Shown here in pieces: positions 45,801 through 60,064 of a stretch of DNA of 64,000 nt. This DNA comes from the human T2T-CHM13v2.0 reference genome, Homo sapiens. The translations under genes and the position numbers were made by a program. The notes under the pieces were generated by a model, which was not told the origin of the DNA, did no database searches, and saw only the letters and a list, made by a program, of their open reading frames with translations. How positions within the stretch are numbered: the first letter of the stretch is position 1; every line of letters begins with the position of its first letter. The stretch lies in NCBI RefSeq assembly GCF_009914755.1, contig NC_060945.1; one strand, given 5' to 3'.

Positions 45801-46850
45801 ACATGGGGATAAAAGAAAAGCCATTCTAAAGTTAAATATATAGATTTTCGCGAAGCTTATATAGTCAAGGTAGCCTTTTTACTTTTGACTTCTAATATAA
45901 AGAGGAATTATGTTGAAAGCAGTTCATGTGGAAGCAAAGTATTGTTCCTGCAGAATACAGGAATAGATGGACAATTTGTGAATGGCTCCTTTTTCCTTCC
46001 CCTTTCATGCTATGTAAAAATCTGGATTATAAAACATATCTGTACAAGGGCCTTTTTTTTTTTTTTCTGAAAGCCCACATGGATCTGGAGGATATGTAAC
46101 ATCAAAATGTTTTGTTGTCTCTCCTGCAGGGACCCCATGGGGACCATTTTTTTCATGGCTACAGACTCAGTTTGACTTGGGTCTGGAATGGCCTTGGTGT
46201 TTCGAGGAAGGAGACAAGCAGTTCTTGCCTTTCACGTGAATTGTCCATCATTAATCCCATATTTAATGGCTCCTGGTGGAGCTGTACTCCATTCCTTGCT
46301 GTGATATCCCAGGAAATGTTCCTACTGGCTCCTGGAAAATTGTGAGGAAAATTAAGTTTGATTTGGATACCCAAAGCATCCACTGTGTACCATTTCATTC
46401 CTCACCTCAACAATCCCTCTTTCGTGGCTCATGGTCTTATGTTCTTATGTATTACACAAATATTATTATATGTTCATATATTTTACCTTATATTTTCATT
46501 TATTAAGAGTAAGGTTTTGATATGAGTACTATAAATATGAGCCAGTATATGGTTATTGATAATTAAAACAATATTATTTATACATTTATTATTATGCAAT
46601 GAAAACTTGTTCCTTATATAAGAGAAATTTTAGGAATAGCAGCAAATGGGGAGATACATTCGGTACAAGGACTTTAATAGTGACACTGAAGTGACTGGTT
46701 TCAGCAGCCACTTTGGCCTATATGGCCTTGCCTCGAGACCTCTAGAAATGGCATCATTAGGCCTTCTTCTTTCTGAGTTCTTTCCTTCATAAGTTATGTA
46801 CCTGATAAGGACTTTATGCATCAGAAAGTATGGCGTAGTATAGAACAATA

Positions 46851-46990
46851 CAGGCAGCATGGCACAGTGGAAGGAACTCAGGGCTAGTTGTCAAGAGATT
46901 TGGGTTCTTCTGCGTGCTTAATGCTAGTTTTATGATTTGGACAAATCACATCGCCTACCTGGACATCGGTGTCTACATCTGTGGGATGAT
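46851..46990 (+). mobile_element. MIR fragment
   Basis: AGGCAGCATGGCACAGTGGAA..GGACAAATCAC..CATCTGT. Confidence 0.6.
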
Positions 46991-47004
46991 GATGATGATG
47001 ACAG

Positions 47005-47140
47005 TTAAGTGCTTAACAATAACGAACTCATTTAATCTTTGCAACATCCTAATGAAGTAGATACCATTTTTCTCATTTTACAGATGAGGATGCTAAGCCA
47101 TAAAAAGGTTAAATCTATTGCTTAAGTTCACTCAGCAAAG
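47005..47140 (-). mobile_element. MIR fragment
   Basis: CTCATTTAATC..CATTTTACAGATGAGG. Confidence 0.75.
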
Positions 47141-47354
47141 ACAGGGTTAAGGTTATGTCTTCCTGTCCTGGGCTCCTCTCTTCTTGACAGTGGCTAAAGT
47201 TCCTAAAGTCTCAGATTCTATTTTAATGAAAACTTGCATCGGTGAAGACACAGATAAAACACAGTTCTGGAACAATGTATTCCAATGGATTTGAAAGCCA
47301 TTCAATAATCATGACCATAACTTAGTAGTTTGTTTCAAAAATACATACTTGTCT

Positions 47355-47357
<3 letters not shown>

Positions 47358-47416
<59 letters not shown>

Positions 47417-47420
47417 TCTC
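47358..47420. repeat. (CT)n microsatellite
   Basis: Read directly; one interruption. Confidence 0.95.
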
Positions 47421-47640
47421 ACATCTATTTTAAATGTAGACCCAGGAATCAATGTGGTCAAGCTGCTCTCAAAATTCTAATACATGGAATTAATGGCTAA
47501 TGGCTCCTAATAGAAATGAATAATTATAGACCATTGCTAACCACCACTGAGAAGTATAATAGCTAATCATTTCTCTCTAATGGCTGTTTGTGTCACAAAC
47601 AGAAATTTTATCTAAGAAGAGAGAGAAAACAACAACAAAT

Positions 47641-47907
47641 GACAGGGTCTTGCTCCGTAACTCAGGCTGGGGTGCAGTGGTGCAGTCATAGCTCACTGTA
47701 ACCTTGAACTCCCGGGCTCAGGCAATCCTTCCGCCTCAGCCTCCTGAGGAGTAGCTAGGTCTTCAGGTGCGGGCCACCATACCCAGATAATTAAAAAAAA
47801 TTTTTTTTCTTGTAGAGACAAGGTCTCGCTATGTTGCCAAGTTTGGCCTTGAACTCCTGGCCTCAAGCAATCTTCCCACCTTGGCCTCCTGAGTTGCTGG
47901 GATTTCA
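47641..47907 (-). mobile_element. AluJ SINE lacking its poly-A tail
   Basis: GACAGGGTCTTGCTC start with no preceding poly-T. Confidence 0.88.
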
Positions 47908-48957
47908 GTTAACTTATCAAAACAGTAATGCTATGTCATAATATCACATAGTTTTGAAACCGTTTTCAGTGGGAAGTGCTTTGTAGATTTCTTCTCATTC
48001 ATTCTTTTGCTATCTGTATTTTTAATATATTATTTATAAATTTGATCTTGTTTGTTCCTATGTCATCTCTATTGTAGGACTTACCATCATATAATCTAGT
48101 AGTAAGTTTTATGAGAGCTCTCCGTGCCCCATAGTCTCATTGAACCAACCATCTCTGTTTCTTCAGCACCTCATGGAGCTGAATGTTTCTTTTTACACTG
48201 TGAATAAAGGGACAGGTGAGTTGTTGGAATGTTCTCTGATTTTAGGGAATGGAGAATCTGGGTTCATACAGTGAAGGCTTTCGTGACAGCCTGGTCTGCT
48301 TACTGAAAGCTTCAGCTTTCTTTTAATGCTTAGTGTATAGATGTGATAAAATCACTCACAGAAACAATGATTCGTCTTCCTAGACACATCTGTAGGAGTT
48401 CCTTGAAGGACAGTGGATCTAGTCCTAAATACTTTATATTCACCCCTTCAATGAGTAATCAACTTCACTCCATCCAGAAGTTGGGTAGTTAGGAACTTGA
48501 AAACAATCTAAGAAACTTTTGCAATTTCAGGCTTAAATGATAGTGTATGTAAATGTACATGTTTCTGTCACATCATAGAAATTAAATCCAGGAGCCAAAG
48601 AAGCCTTTGTTAATTTTCCTAGAAAGAGAAGCAAGGGGAAAAAAAGGGTGAGTCTATCCAGAAAACCGCTAAGTGATCTGTGGCTAGCAGGGCATCCCAC
48701 AATTATAAACATTTTTTTGAAATTATCTAGGCAGTATCATAGGTCTTATTTCATAACATCTCAAACTAATATCAAAGAGAAAAAAAAACTTCTAACTTAT
48801 TCCTTTGAAATATAATTGATGGCCATAAGTCCCAGTAGGCTTACCAGATTCTTCCTTGGGAGCAGGAAGTAAATATGACAACAGACCAAGACTAAAGTGA
48901 TACCAACATGGAACTTCAGTCTGTTCAAATAGGAAGATGGGCCAGGACCCATCTTAG

Positions 48958-49180
48958 AGTTGTGGTGTCCAGTATGGTAGCCATGAACTCCATTTGGCTC
49001 TTTAAATTAATGAAAATGATAAATAATTTAAAAACTGGTTTCTCCCTCACACCAGCCACAGTTCAAGTGGTCAGTAGCCACATGTGGCTGGTGGACATCA
49101 TATTGGAGAGTGCAGATTATTATACAATGTTGTATGTACGCATTATTGTCATCGTGGAAAGTTCTTTTGGACAGGACTGG
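48958..49180. mobile_element. MER3-like hAT-Charlie DNA transposon
   Basis: TGTCCAGTATGGTAGCCA..TAGCCACATGTGGCT..GAAAGTTCTTTTGGACAG. Confidence 0.75.
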
Positions 49181-50029
49181 CTTACAGTCAGAGCTTTCAC
49201 TGTTAGAAAGTGACCAGTCTAACTGATTAGAAAGCAAGGGGTCACTAGCAGCATTGGTTAGTTAGATTGAAGGTCAATAACTACAGTTTAGCTAGGTTTA
49301 GAAATACAAGCAGAACATGATCTGGATAATAACTCTTTGCTGCTTAATTGCTAACCAAAAACAGCCAGATAGTGACCGTTTTGGAGGTGAAGGGGATGGG
49401 AGATTAGATTGGCTTGTCTTTCATATGAAACCACTCTTGACTTTGATGTGAAGTTTAAAGATTTGATCCCTTCCTAGGTCTTCTGCATCCTATTTTAATA
49501 TGCTACCACTTACTTTAGAAATTCTCATATCTGGATTTTATGATGATTGGTCTGGTGCTCCACAGACCTCACCAGAAACTTTAATGCTATGTGCCTTGGG
49601 CTTTCTTGCTGGAAAATATCCTGTGTAGAACACTCTGTCTGCCTCTAGGTAAGTGTCATTTTCGGGGAGGGAATCTCCCTGAGGACTTCTGCCATTTCAG
49701 ATGAGAAAGCCCAGAATTATTCTTACAGCATAAGATGCCACATAGTGGTTATGATATGAATATAAGAAATGACTTAGAGGAGATGCGGGGGGGGTGCTGC
49801 TGCAAATATACATTCAATTGCTTGAGTAAAAATCAAGGCAAGAAAGGTGGGCTTAAATTATAGAAAGGAAAATGTGGGGTGGATTTCTGAAAAATGTGAG
49901 TGGCTTGTAGGATTTCGCCGTGGGAAGTTTTTAATCAGAAAAATTGAATACTTGATGAACATCTCTTACCTGGTCAATTGCAACTACCTTCCAAATAGAC
50001 TTTTTGTCATTAGCATTCACCATGACTGC

Positions 50030-50482
50030 CTCTTCCCCACCTCACACACACACAACAGATATGTCCATGTTCTAATCCTTGGAAGGTGTGAATGTGACCT
50101 TATTTGGAAAAGATGTTTTGCACATATAATTAAGCTCAGAATGCTGAGATGAGATCATCCTGAATTACTTGAGTGGGCCCTAAATCCAATGGCAAGTGTC
50201 CCTGTAAGAAACAGAAGAGGAGAAGACACGCATAGGAGAAAAGGTGAGGTGAAGATGAGGGCAGAGATTGGCATAATGTGGCCATGAGCCAAAGAAACTG
50301 GCAACCTCCAGAAGCTGGAAGAGACAGACGATGGATTCTTCCCTATGTGTCCCTGCTAGCACCTTGATTTCAGACTTCTGGCTCAGATCTTTGGCTTCCA
50401 GAACTGTGAGAAAATAAATTTCTGTTGTATTAAGCCACCAAGTTCATGGGAATTTGCTATGGCAGCCATGAGGCATAAATAC
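50030..50482 (+). mobile_element. MLT1C-like MaLR LTR
   Basis: TGAATGTGACCTTATTTGGAAA..CTTCCAGAACTGTGAGAAAATAAATTTCTGTTG..AATACA. Confidence 0.85.
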
Positions 50483-50770
50483 AGATACCCTCTGATATAT
50501 CCTCCAAGTCACTTCTAGAATGACCCATTTAAGACATAAACATTATGCACAGCATAAAGTCCAAGTCTCTTAGGAGAGCTTCCAAGGACCCCTTGATCTG
50601 GCCTCTGGCTTCTTCTCTCAGTACACAGCTCTCCGGCACCCCCATAACATTTAATAAGACTAGAGTCTCTTATTACCTGGATATACTGTCTGTTTTACCC
50701 CACCGTATCTTTGAACTTGCAGTTCTCATCGTCTGTGATGTCCTTTTGAGGCTTGTTCATCCATGGTAAC

Positions 50771-51064
50771 TTTTTTTTTTTTTTGGAGATGGAGTCTTGC
50801 TCTGTTGCCCAGGCTGGAGCGCAATGGTGTGATCTCAGCTCACTGGAACCTCTGCCTCCTGGGTTCAAGCGATTCTTTGCTTCAGCCTCCTGAGTAGCTG
50901 GGACTAGAGGCACGTGCCACCACACCCAGCTAATTTTTGTATTTTTAGTAGAGATGGGGTTTTGCCATATTGGCCAGGCTGGTCTGGAACTCCTGACCTT
51001 GTGATTTGCCCGCCTCAGCTTCCCAAAGTGCTGGGATTACAGGCGTGAGCCACCGCGCCCGGCC
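50771..51064 (-). mobile_element. AluS SINE
   Basis: TSD CATGGTAACT. Confidence 0.94.
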
Positions 51065-51508
51065 CATGGTAACTCTTGATCATCTTTCAGTGTCCCACTC
51101 AGTGTCCCCTGTCTGTGAAGACATGTTAGCCGACTTCCCTCTCTCACCCCCTTTTTCTCTGTGTCATCTCTACATCTTGAGTATGTTCATTATGACACAG
51201 TGCTTTCTTACATCCATCCATTCAACAACTTAGAACATTAAATTAATTTTTAGTAGGTAAGATGTTTATGTTTCAAAAATACAATGATAAAAACGGTATC
51301 CATGGAGAAGTCTTACTCCTATCCATTTTTTTTCTTTCTTTTCCCTACAGGTAATCATTAAATTTTTTTTTTTTAACTTCCACAGTTTCTTTATGCAAAT
51401 ACATAAATTTTCATTATACAAAGGCAGTGTACTACATATATTGTTATGAACTTTACTTTTTTCCATTTTTCCATATCATTACATAAAGATCTCCCCCATT
51501 CCTTTTTT

Positions 51509-51817
<309 letters not shown>

Positions 51818-52163
51818 TCCCCCATTCCTTTTTTATAGTTACATAGTATTCCATCATATACATGGTCCTAGATAATTTAACTAATTCTCAATTGTTGAAC
51901 CACTGAATTGTTTTCATTATTTGTTATTATAAAAAATGCTTTAATGAAAAATTTTGTACATGCATTATTTCATATATATGAAAGCATAGGTAGATTTCCA
52001 AAAGTTGGATTTCTGGGCCAAAGGGCAAATGTTACTGTCACTGTGCTAGACATTGCCAGATTTTCCTCCATAAGCATTGAACCATTTCATATGAGACAGC
52101 CCATGGGCATACTCCGCAACACAATATTGTATATTTTGTTTTTTTGCCAATATGGTTGACAAG

Positions 52164-52755
52164 TGTCATAGTTTTCTATCGCTGAATAACAAATAATCAT
52201 AAACTCAGCAGCTTAAAGCAACATACATTTAGTATCTCACAGTTTCTGTGGTTCAGGAACCCAAGCACAACTTAGCTGCATCCTCTTCTTAGGGTCTCAG
52301 GAGCTGCAATCAAAATGTGGGTTGTGACTGTGGTCTCACCTGAGGCTGAGAGTTCTCTTCCAAACTCATGTGATTGTTGGCAAAAGTCAGTTCCTTATGG
52401 TTGTAAGAATGAGGCCCTCAGCAATGAGAAGCTGTCTGCAGTTCCTGGGCACATGAGCCTCCCCATAGACAGTTCACATCACAGCAACTGGCTTCCACAA
52501 GGCTAGCAGGAAAGTCCCTTGCTATGGTCTGTTAAAGTGGTGGAGTCTCATACCATGTAACCTAATCACGGGAGTGTCATCCCAGCACATTTGCCAAACA
52601 ACAAAACCTAGTCCAGGGGGTAACACCCTATCACTGTTGTCATATTCTATTGATTAGAAGCAAATCACAGGTCCTGGCCACACCAAGGAGAGGGGATTGT
52701 ACAGGCCCTAACACCAGGGGGTGGAGGTTGGCTATCATAAGATTCTTCCCATCAC
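52164..52755 (-). mobile_element. MLT1F/G-like MaLR LTR
   Basis: TAGTTTTCTATCGCTG..TCTCACAGTTTCTGTGG..TATTCTATTGATTAGAAGCAA. Confidence 0.78.
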
Positions 52756-53568
52756 TGTGAGAAAATAAAAATCCTTTCTTTTTATTATGAGTATTTTCAT
52801 AGATTTAATTACCACCTGTGTTTTTTCTTAGTGAACTGTCTGTTCATATTCTTTGTTTATATTTCCATCCAACTTTTACTTTTCTTCTACATTTCTATGT
52901 GACATGAATTGCAAATATTTTCTTCCATTTTGCACTTATATTTTTGAATGCAAAGTTTACGAACTTACCAATCTTTTCTTTTGACTTCTCATTTTTGAGT
53001 CATAGCTGTAAACGTCTCTTCCATGCTAAGTATATAAAGAAATTAAACTATGTTGTAATTTTTTTACATCTAAATCCTAAATCCCATTAGGAAGATTTAT
53101 TTGAATATGGTATGATATATGAATCTAACAGTGTCATTTTTGAGAAGACTATTTGGTTGTTCCAACATTGTATATTAAAGTTCATCTTTACCACCACAGA
53201 ATGAGTATCACCTTTATCATATACTAAATTCCCACATAAAGTAGATTCTATTTCTGGAATTTATCTCCTCTTCTCTAGTATATTTACATATGTCTCAATA
53301 TGATATTGTTTTAATTATTGAAGTTTTGTTATGTATTCATTGGCTTCTAAGACTTCTATTCTGGAGATTTCCTCATTACTATTACTAGTTTATTTTCCAC
53401 ATGACCTTTAGAATTAGCTTATCTAATTCTAGAACAAAATTTCTTTTTCAGTATTCTTATTAGTACTGTTAAATTTATGAATTAGCTTAGAAAGAATTGG
53501 CATCTTTACCATATTAAGTTTTGGTGCATTTACAAACTTGGTGTCTTTGTTTTTCAGATATATACTAA

Positions 53569-53919
<351 letters not shown>

Positions 53920-54069
53920 TAGGTTTATTCTTTGGTATTTTGTGCTTTATAGATTTATTGCTTTGGCCATTATACATGACTCTTTTCCATTACATCTTCT
54001 ACACGTTGTTGTTTGTATAACGTGAAAACTATTGCTTTCTATAAATTTTATATATGCATACATTCTCAC

Positions 54070-54410
54070 TTAGAAAACATTTATTGGGTCTCTAACATAT
54101 GATGGGCTTCTGTACTAGCGCTGAGCTCACAGTCACAAAATAGCCATGGTCCTTCCCCACAATGAACAAATGGCCTAGTAAAGAAGGCAGAAAGTAAACA
54201 TGTAAGCAAACTAATTTATAATTACTATTTGAATAAATGCTATGAAGATAATGAGGAGTGTTCAGTCATACAGAATAATTATTTAAGTGTATCTTCTTAC
54301 CCACTTAGAGTCTTCGAGGGTTTGGTCCATAACTTATTTGTCTTTGGGTCCTCAGAGCCTCGCACAATGCCCAGGAAATAAAGCCACCAAATATTTATTG
54401 AACAGAATGG
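54070..54410. mobile_element. Two L2 3'-end relics in opposite orientation
   Basis: AAACATTTATTGGG (antisense) and AAATATTTATTGAACAGAATG (sense) L2 termini. Confidence 0.5.
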
Positions 54411-55159
54411 AACCAAATTTGCTCTGAGCTCAGGGCCAATGTTTTAAGTCCTTTAGCCACAATGATCATGCAGTCCAATTTTTCAACCAAATTTATATTT
54501 TAAATATTGTGTTTCTATAAATATATTATTCCAGTACTGGCCTAAGTATTTGTTTGGAAAATGGCCACTAGAGTTACAGCTTTCACCTAAAGTGGCCTTC
54601 CATGTCTCTGGCCCATGAGCAGAGTGGGCTTTTAATCCTTAGCCTGAGTGTTTCAGAGACAAGTTAGCTGAAAGGGATGCTCCCTTTGTAAATTTTTGAC
54701 TGAGGTGTCAAAGTTAAACTTAGGGTATTGAGGCTAGCTGGAGCTTATCTGTTCTTCCAGTCCAAGGTGTTAAGATTTACATCTTTAATAACAGTAGGAA
54801 AGCAAGAGAAGACTGTAGTGGAAAAAATTTTACTTTTATGTACAGGCTTTCATTGTTTCACTTTCCCTCTCCAAGTGTTAATAAAAGGTAAGTAAAGAAT
54901 TTAGGGATTATTCTGTGAATTTTTATTTATTTTTAGCCTATGTGGCTCTGGAGCGAATTTAGATCAGCTTACAGGAATATATAAAATGCAGCCAAATTAA
55001 ATACACTGGAAGAAGGTGAGAAAGAAATGGGGCACGAAACAAAGTTGGAGACATTTGATAGACTTGCTGTGAGAAGGCTCAGGTTTTGGTTCTTATCAGT
55101 TAGAAAACATATTGAGCATAAGCACAATTTATAGTTCAATTAAGATTTAAAAAAATTCC

Positions 55160-55300
55160 TAGTAATGGCAAAAATATATGTGGTGCTTACTCTGTCCTGG
55201 GCATCATTTTAAGCTTTTTAAATGAATTAATTTAATCCTTGCAACAACCTGATGAGATGAGTCCTAATACTATTCTGTCTTACAGGAGAAGAGCAACTAT
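55160..55300 (-). mobile_element. MIR fragment
   Basis: GTGCTTACTCTGTCCTGG..TTTAATCCTTGCAACAACC..TTACAG. Confidence 0.65.
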
Positions 55301-55433
55301 TACTAATATTGAGATAAGGGAGAAAACTATTCAGAGGATTTTCATAAAGACGATGCTGTGCAATAGAATGAGTAGCATTCTCCAGTGTTTATACTCTGGC
55401 ACTGCAGTGAATCTCACATGTCTGCCTTTATAT

Positions 55434-55604
55434 TATGTAACATAATCCTGAAACTGTCATCTCCTCACATTTGCCACACAACATAACCTAATCAAGGAGT
55501 AATATCCTATTACTGTTGTCATATTCTATTGGTTGGAAGCAAGCTGCAGGTCCCAGCCACTCTCAAGGGGAGGAGATTATACAGGGCCTAACACTAGAGG
55601 GTGG
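55434..55604 (-). mobile_element. MLT1F/G-like fragment similar to 52554-52724
   Basis: About 80% identical by eye to the upstream LTR segment. Confidence 0.75.
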
Positions 55605-55719
55605 CATCTCTTGATCTAATGGCCTCATGCCAAGCTCAGAATGAGTCTACAGTGGCCAATGTGATAAACGTAGCGCTGCCAATATAACTTCATTCAGAGG
55701 TAGATTTCAGGGTACCTAG

Positions 55720-56071
<352 letters not shown>

Positions 56072-56274
56072 CTTTAGTCAATTCTTTGAAAATATTATAT
56101 CTTCTAATTAAGTGACAGGTAGAAATGGAAGTGATGGCTTGGAGATGGTTTCAAACTTTGAATTAAAAATGATGAATGAGATGCTAATGAGTAGTAGGCG
56201 GTTATTGGCCTGTACTCACAACTAAGCAACCTTCCTTTTCCTGTTTGTGACCGTGTCAGATGGGTGAAATAAGG

Positions 56275-56640
56275 TGAATCAGTTAGGTTATGTTATGCTA
56301 TGTTGTGGTAACAAATACATCTCTGAAGTGCATTGATTTTGCACCAAAAAATGCTCGTTTTCTTCTCATATAAGGCCTAGTTGTGTCTAATAGCTTTCTT
56401 TGATTTGTAGTCATGCCACTTAGAGCAAATGGTCTCCAAGGTCAATGTAGCAGAGGAAAAAAACAGCCTTGGAGAAGGCATACCCACTCAGACCTTCCTC
56501 AAATTGGAACTGGCATATTACTTCCGTTTGTGTTCCATGGAGAAGAGTTAGTCACGTGACACCACTGCTCCAATGCATGGGGTTGGGAAACCTGGAGAAG
56601 TGCATGGATATTTAGTGAGTGCTGGTCATCTGTGCTGCAT
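56275..56640 (-). mobile_element. Old MLT1 (J/K-like) LTR
   Basis: TCAGTTAGG..TGTTGTGGTAACAAAT..AGTTAGTCACGTG motifs. Confidence 0.5.
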
Positions 56641-56958
56641 AAGGACTAGGCTCTTCTTATATCTACTGGGAATTTCTCTCCTGCTACCTTTCTCTTTCTT
56701 CTTAACCCTTTAGACCTCTTGCTTTATGAAACCATATCCTTATGGTACCAGATTTCCCCTATTCAGACAATTCAGTCTTGACTAGAGGAGGCGTCTCTGA
56801 GGGTGGGTGAAGTGGCAGAAAAGTAGAAAGGGGAGGGAAAAGGAAAGAAATAGTTCCTTAGTTGTCACTTCTCATTTCTCTACCGCTGCTGGTTTCTTTG
56901 CTGCTCCATTTCTCACGGCCCAGCTCTTGCCGATGGTTGCAAGTTGGAAGGAGATTGA

Positions 56959-57350
<392 letters not shown>

Positions 57351-57986
57351 TAAACTCCTATTCTACAAAGACATTTTAACATGCTTTGTGAGCCAAACAC
57401 AAGCAGGGTTTGGGTACTGAGAAATGCATAGTAGAAGGCATCAGTGCTCCAAGAACTCTTGGTCACTGGTCAACACCAACAACTGTAAAGTGATAGAGTG
57501 CAAAATAGAAATGTTTAAAAAGTGAACAAGTAGATGAGTGACTTAATGCTTGACTGAATAGAATGCTCAGAACTTCCACATTGTGTGAAGAGAGGAGGAT
57601 TCATGAGAGTGGAGGCTGGCCTTCTCAGGGTAGCACTGAGTTGGAAGGCAAGTAAAGCCAGTCAAGGGAGATGCGGAAGTTACAAATCTCATTGCCCTTG
57701 TGTTATCTCCAGTCTCTCTCTCACCTCTTTCCTAGCCCCTTGTTTGTTTCTCTCCTACCTTACAACACAGGTCCTGATCCTACTCACAGCTCTCCCCTCA
57801 CTCCTTTCCTCAGCCCTCTGGTGCTTGCACATGGGGTAGAGATAAATCATGCTTCTGCGTGGAGTTTGGGGCTTCAAATGTGTCTGTGTATCTGCCACCC
57901 CAAATTGCGACTATAATCTGATCCTATTTTTTTCATACAAATATTATGATATAGAGTGGGAAAATGGTATCATACTATGTGTTTAG

Positions 57987-58312
<326 letters not shown>

Positions 58313-58938
58313 ATGAAAACAATTTTATAAGGTAATCTGGAGTCTTAATTGCCTTTTAATAACATTGTTTACTTGGTAGAGATGATGTAATAGATGATTA
58401 AATCCCAGAGCATTGACCTAAATGATCTTTGAGGCTCTTTCCAACCTGTAGAGTATATGATTATGCAGGAATATGTACTCTAAATTCTGAACACATGGTT
58501 TCAAAATGAGTCTTTGGAACTTAGGGTATTATTAATAGAAGGATTGCCTGCAATGTGGCAAGTTCTCATTTCTTCAATCTTTCTTCCTTCTTAAGTTTTC
58601 ACTCATAACTTATTCTGTGATGTTTCTCTACCATTTCTGCATGTTAACATAGGATTATTCCTTAATCCAAAATTGCTTTTTGATTATAAGCAATTCTGAA
58701 TTTCACTAGGTTAAATAAATATGTCTCTAACAAGGTAGAATGCATTTCCCAGTGGATGACAAGGGAATATTTTATTAATTTGCTTCTAAGTCATTGAAAT
58801 TACTGCATTAAAATGTTTAGCTGATTCTTTTACACTGATGAAATAAGAAATGACTAATTTTTTAAATCACTTCCCTAAATAAAGCATACCATCCCTAATG
58901 CATGTACAACTGGAATTAATCTCAAAGAGCAATCATAA

Positions 58939-59282
<344 letters not shown>

Positions 59283-59717
59283 GTGATTTTCTTACAGTAC
59301 TTTGTCAACAGGTATATTTTCCTGAAGGCAGTTACTTTTGCATTCAATTGCTTTTGTGTCACACATTTTGATTATTAAAACAAAGACAACAACAACAGTT
59401 TGTATACCACTTGGGCATAATAGTATTGGATAGAATGAGACTTACAGAGGTCATTAACATTACCCCCTGCTTCCTTCCAGGCAATGAGAATTCATCTTGT
59501 AATTTCACCCACTCAAGGGCATGGGCTTCACAATCTCCTTTGGTAACTGATTTGAATATCTAACAACAGTTTCTGTCAGGATTTTTTTTTTCTCAAAAAG
59601 TACAAAACTGAAATGCCTCTTGTCTGTTTTTTTTTTTTTTTTTTTTTTGCTTTTTCAAGCTTTAAGGAAAAAGATAAATGGTTACAATTCTTCATAAACT
59701 CTTGAGTTTATATTTGA

Positions 59718-60064
<347 letters not shown>

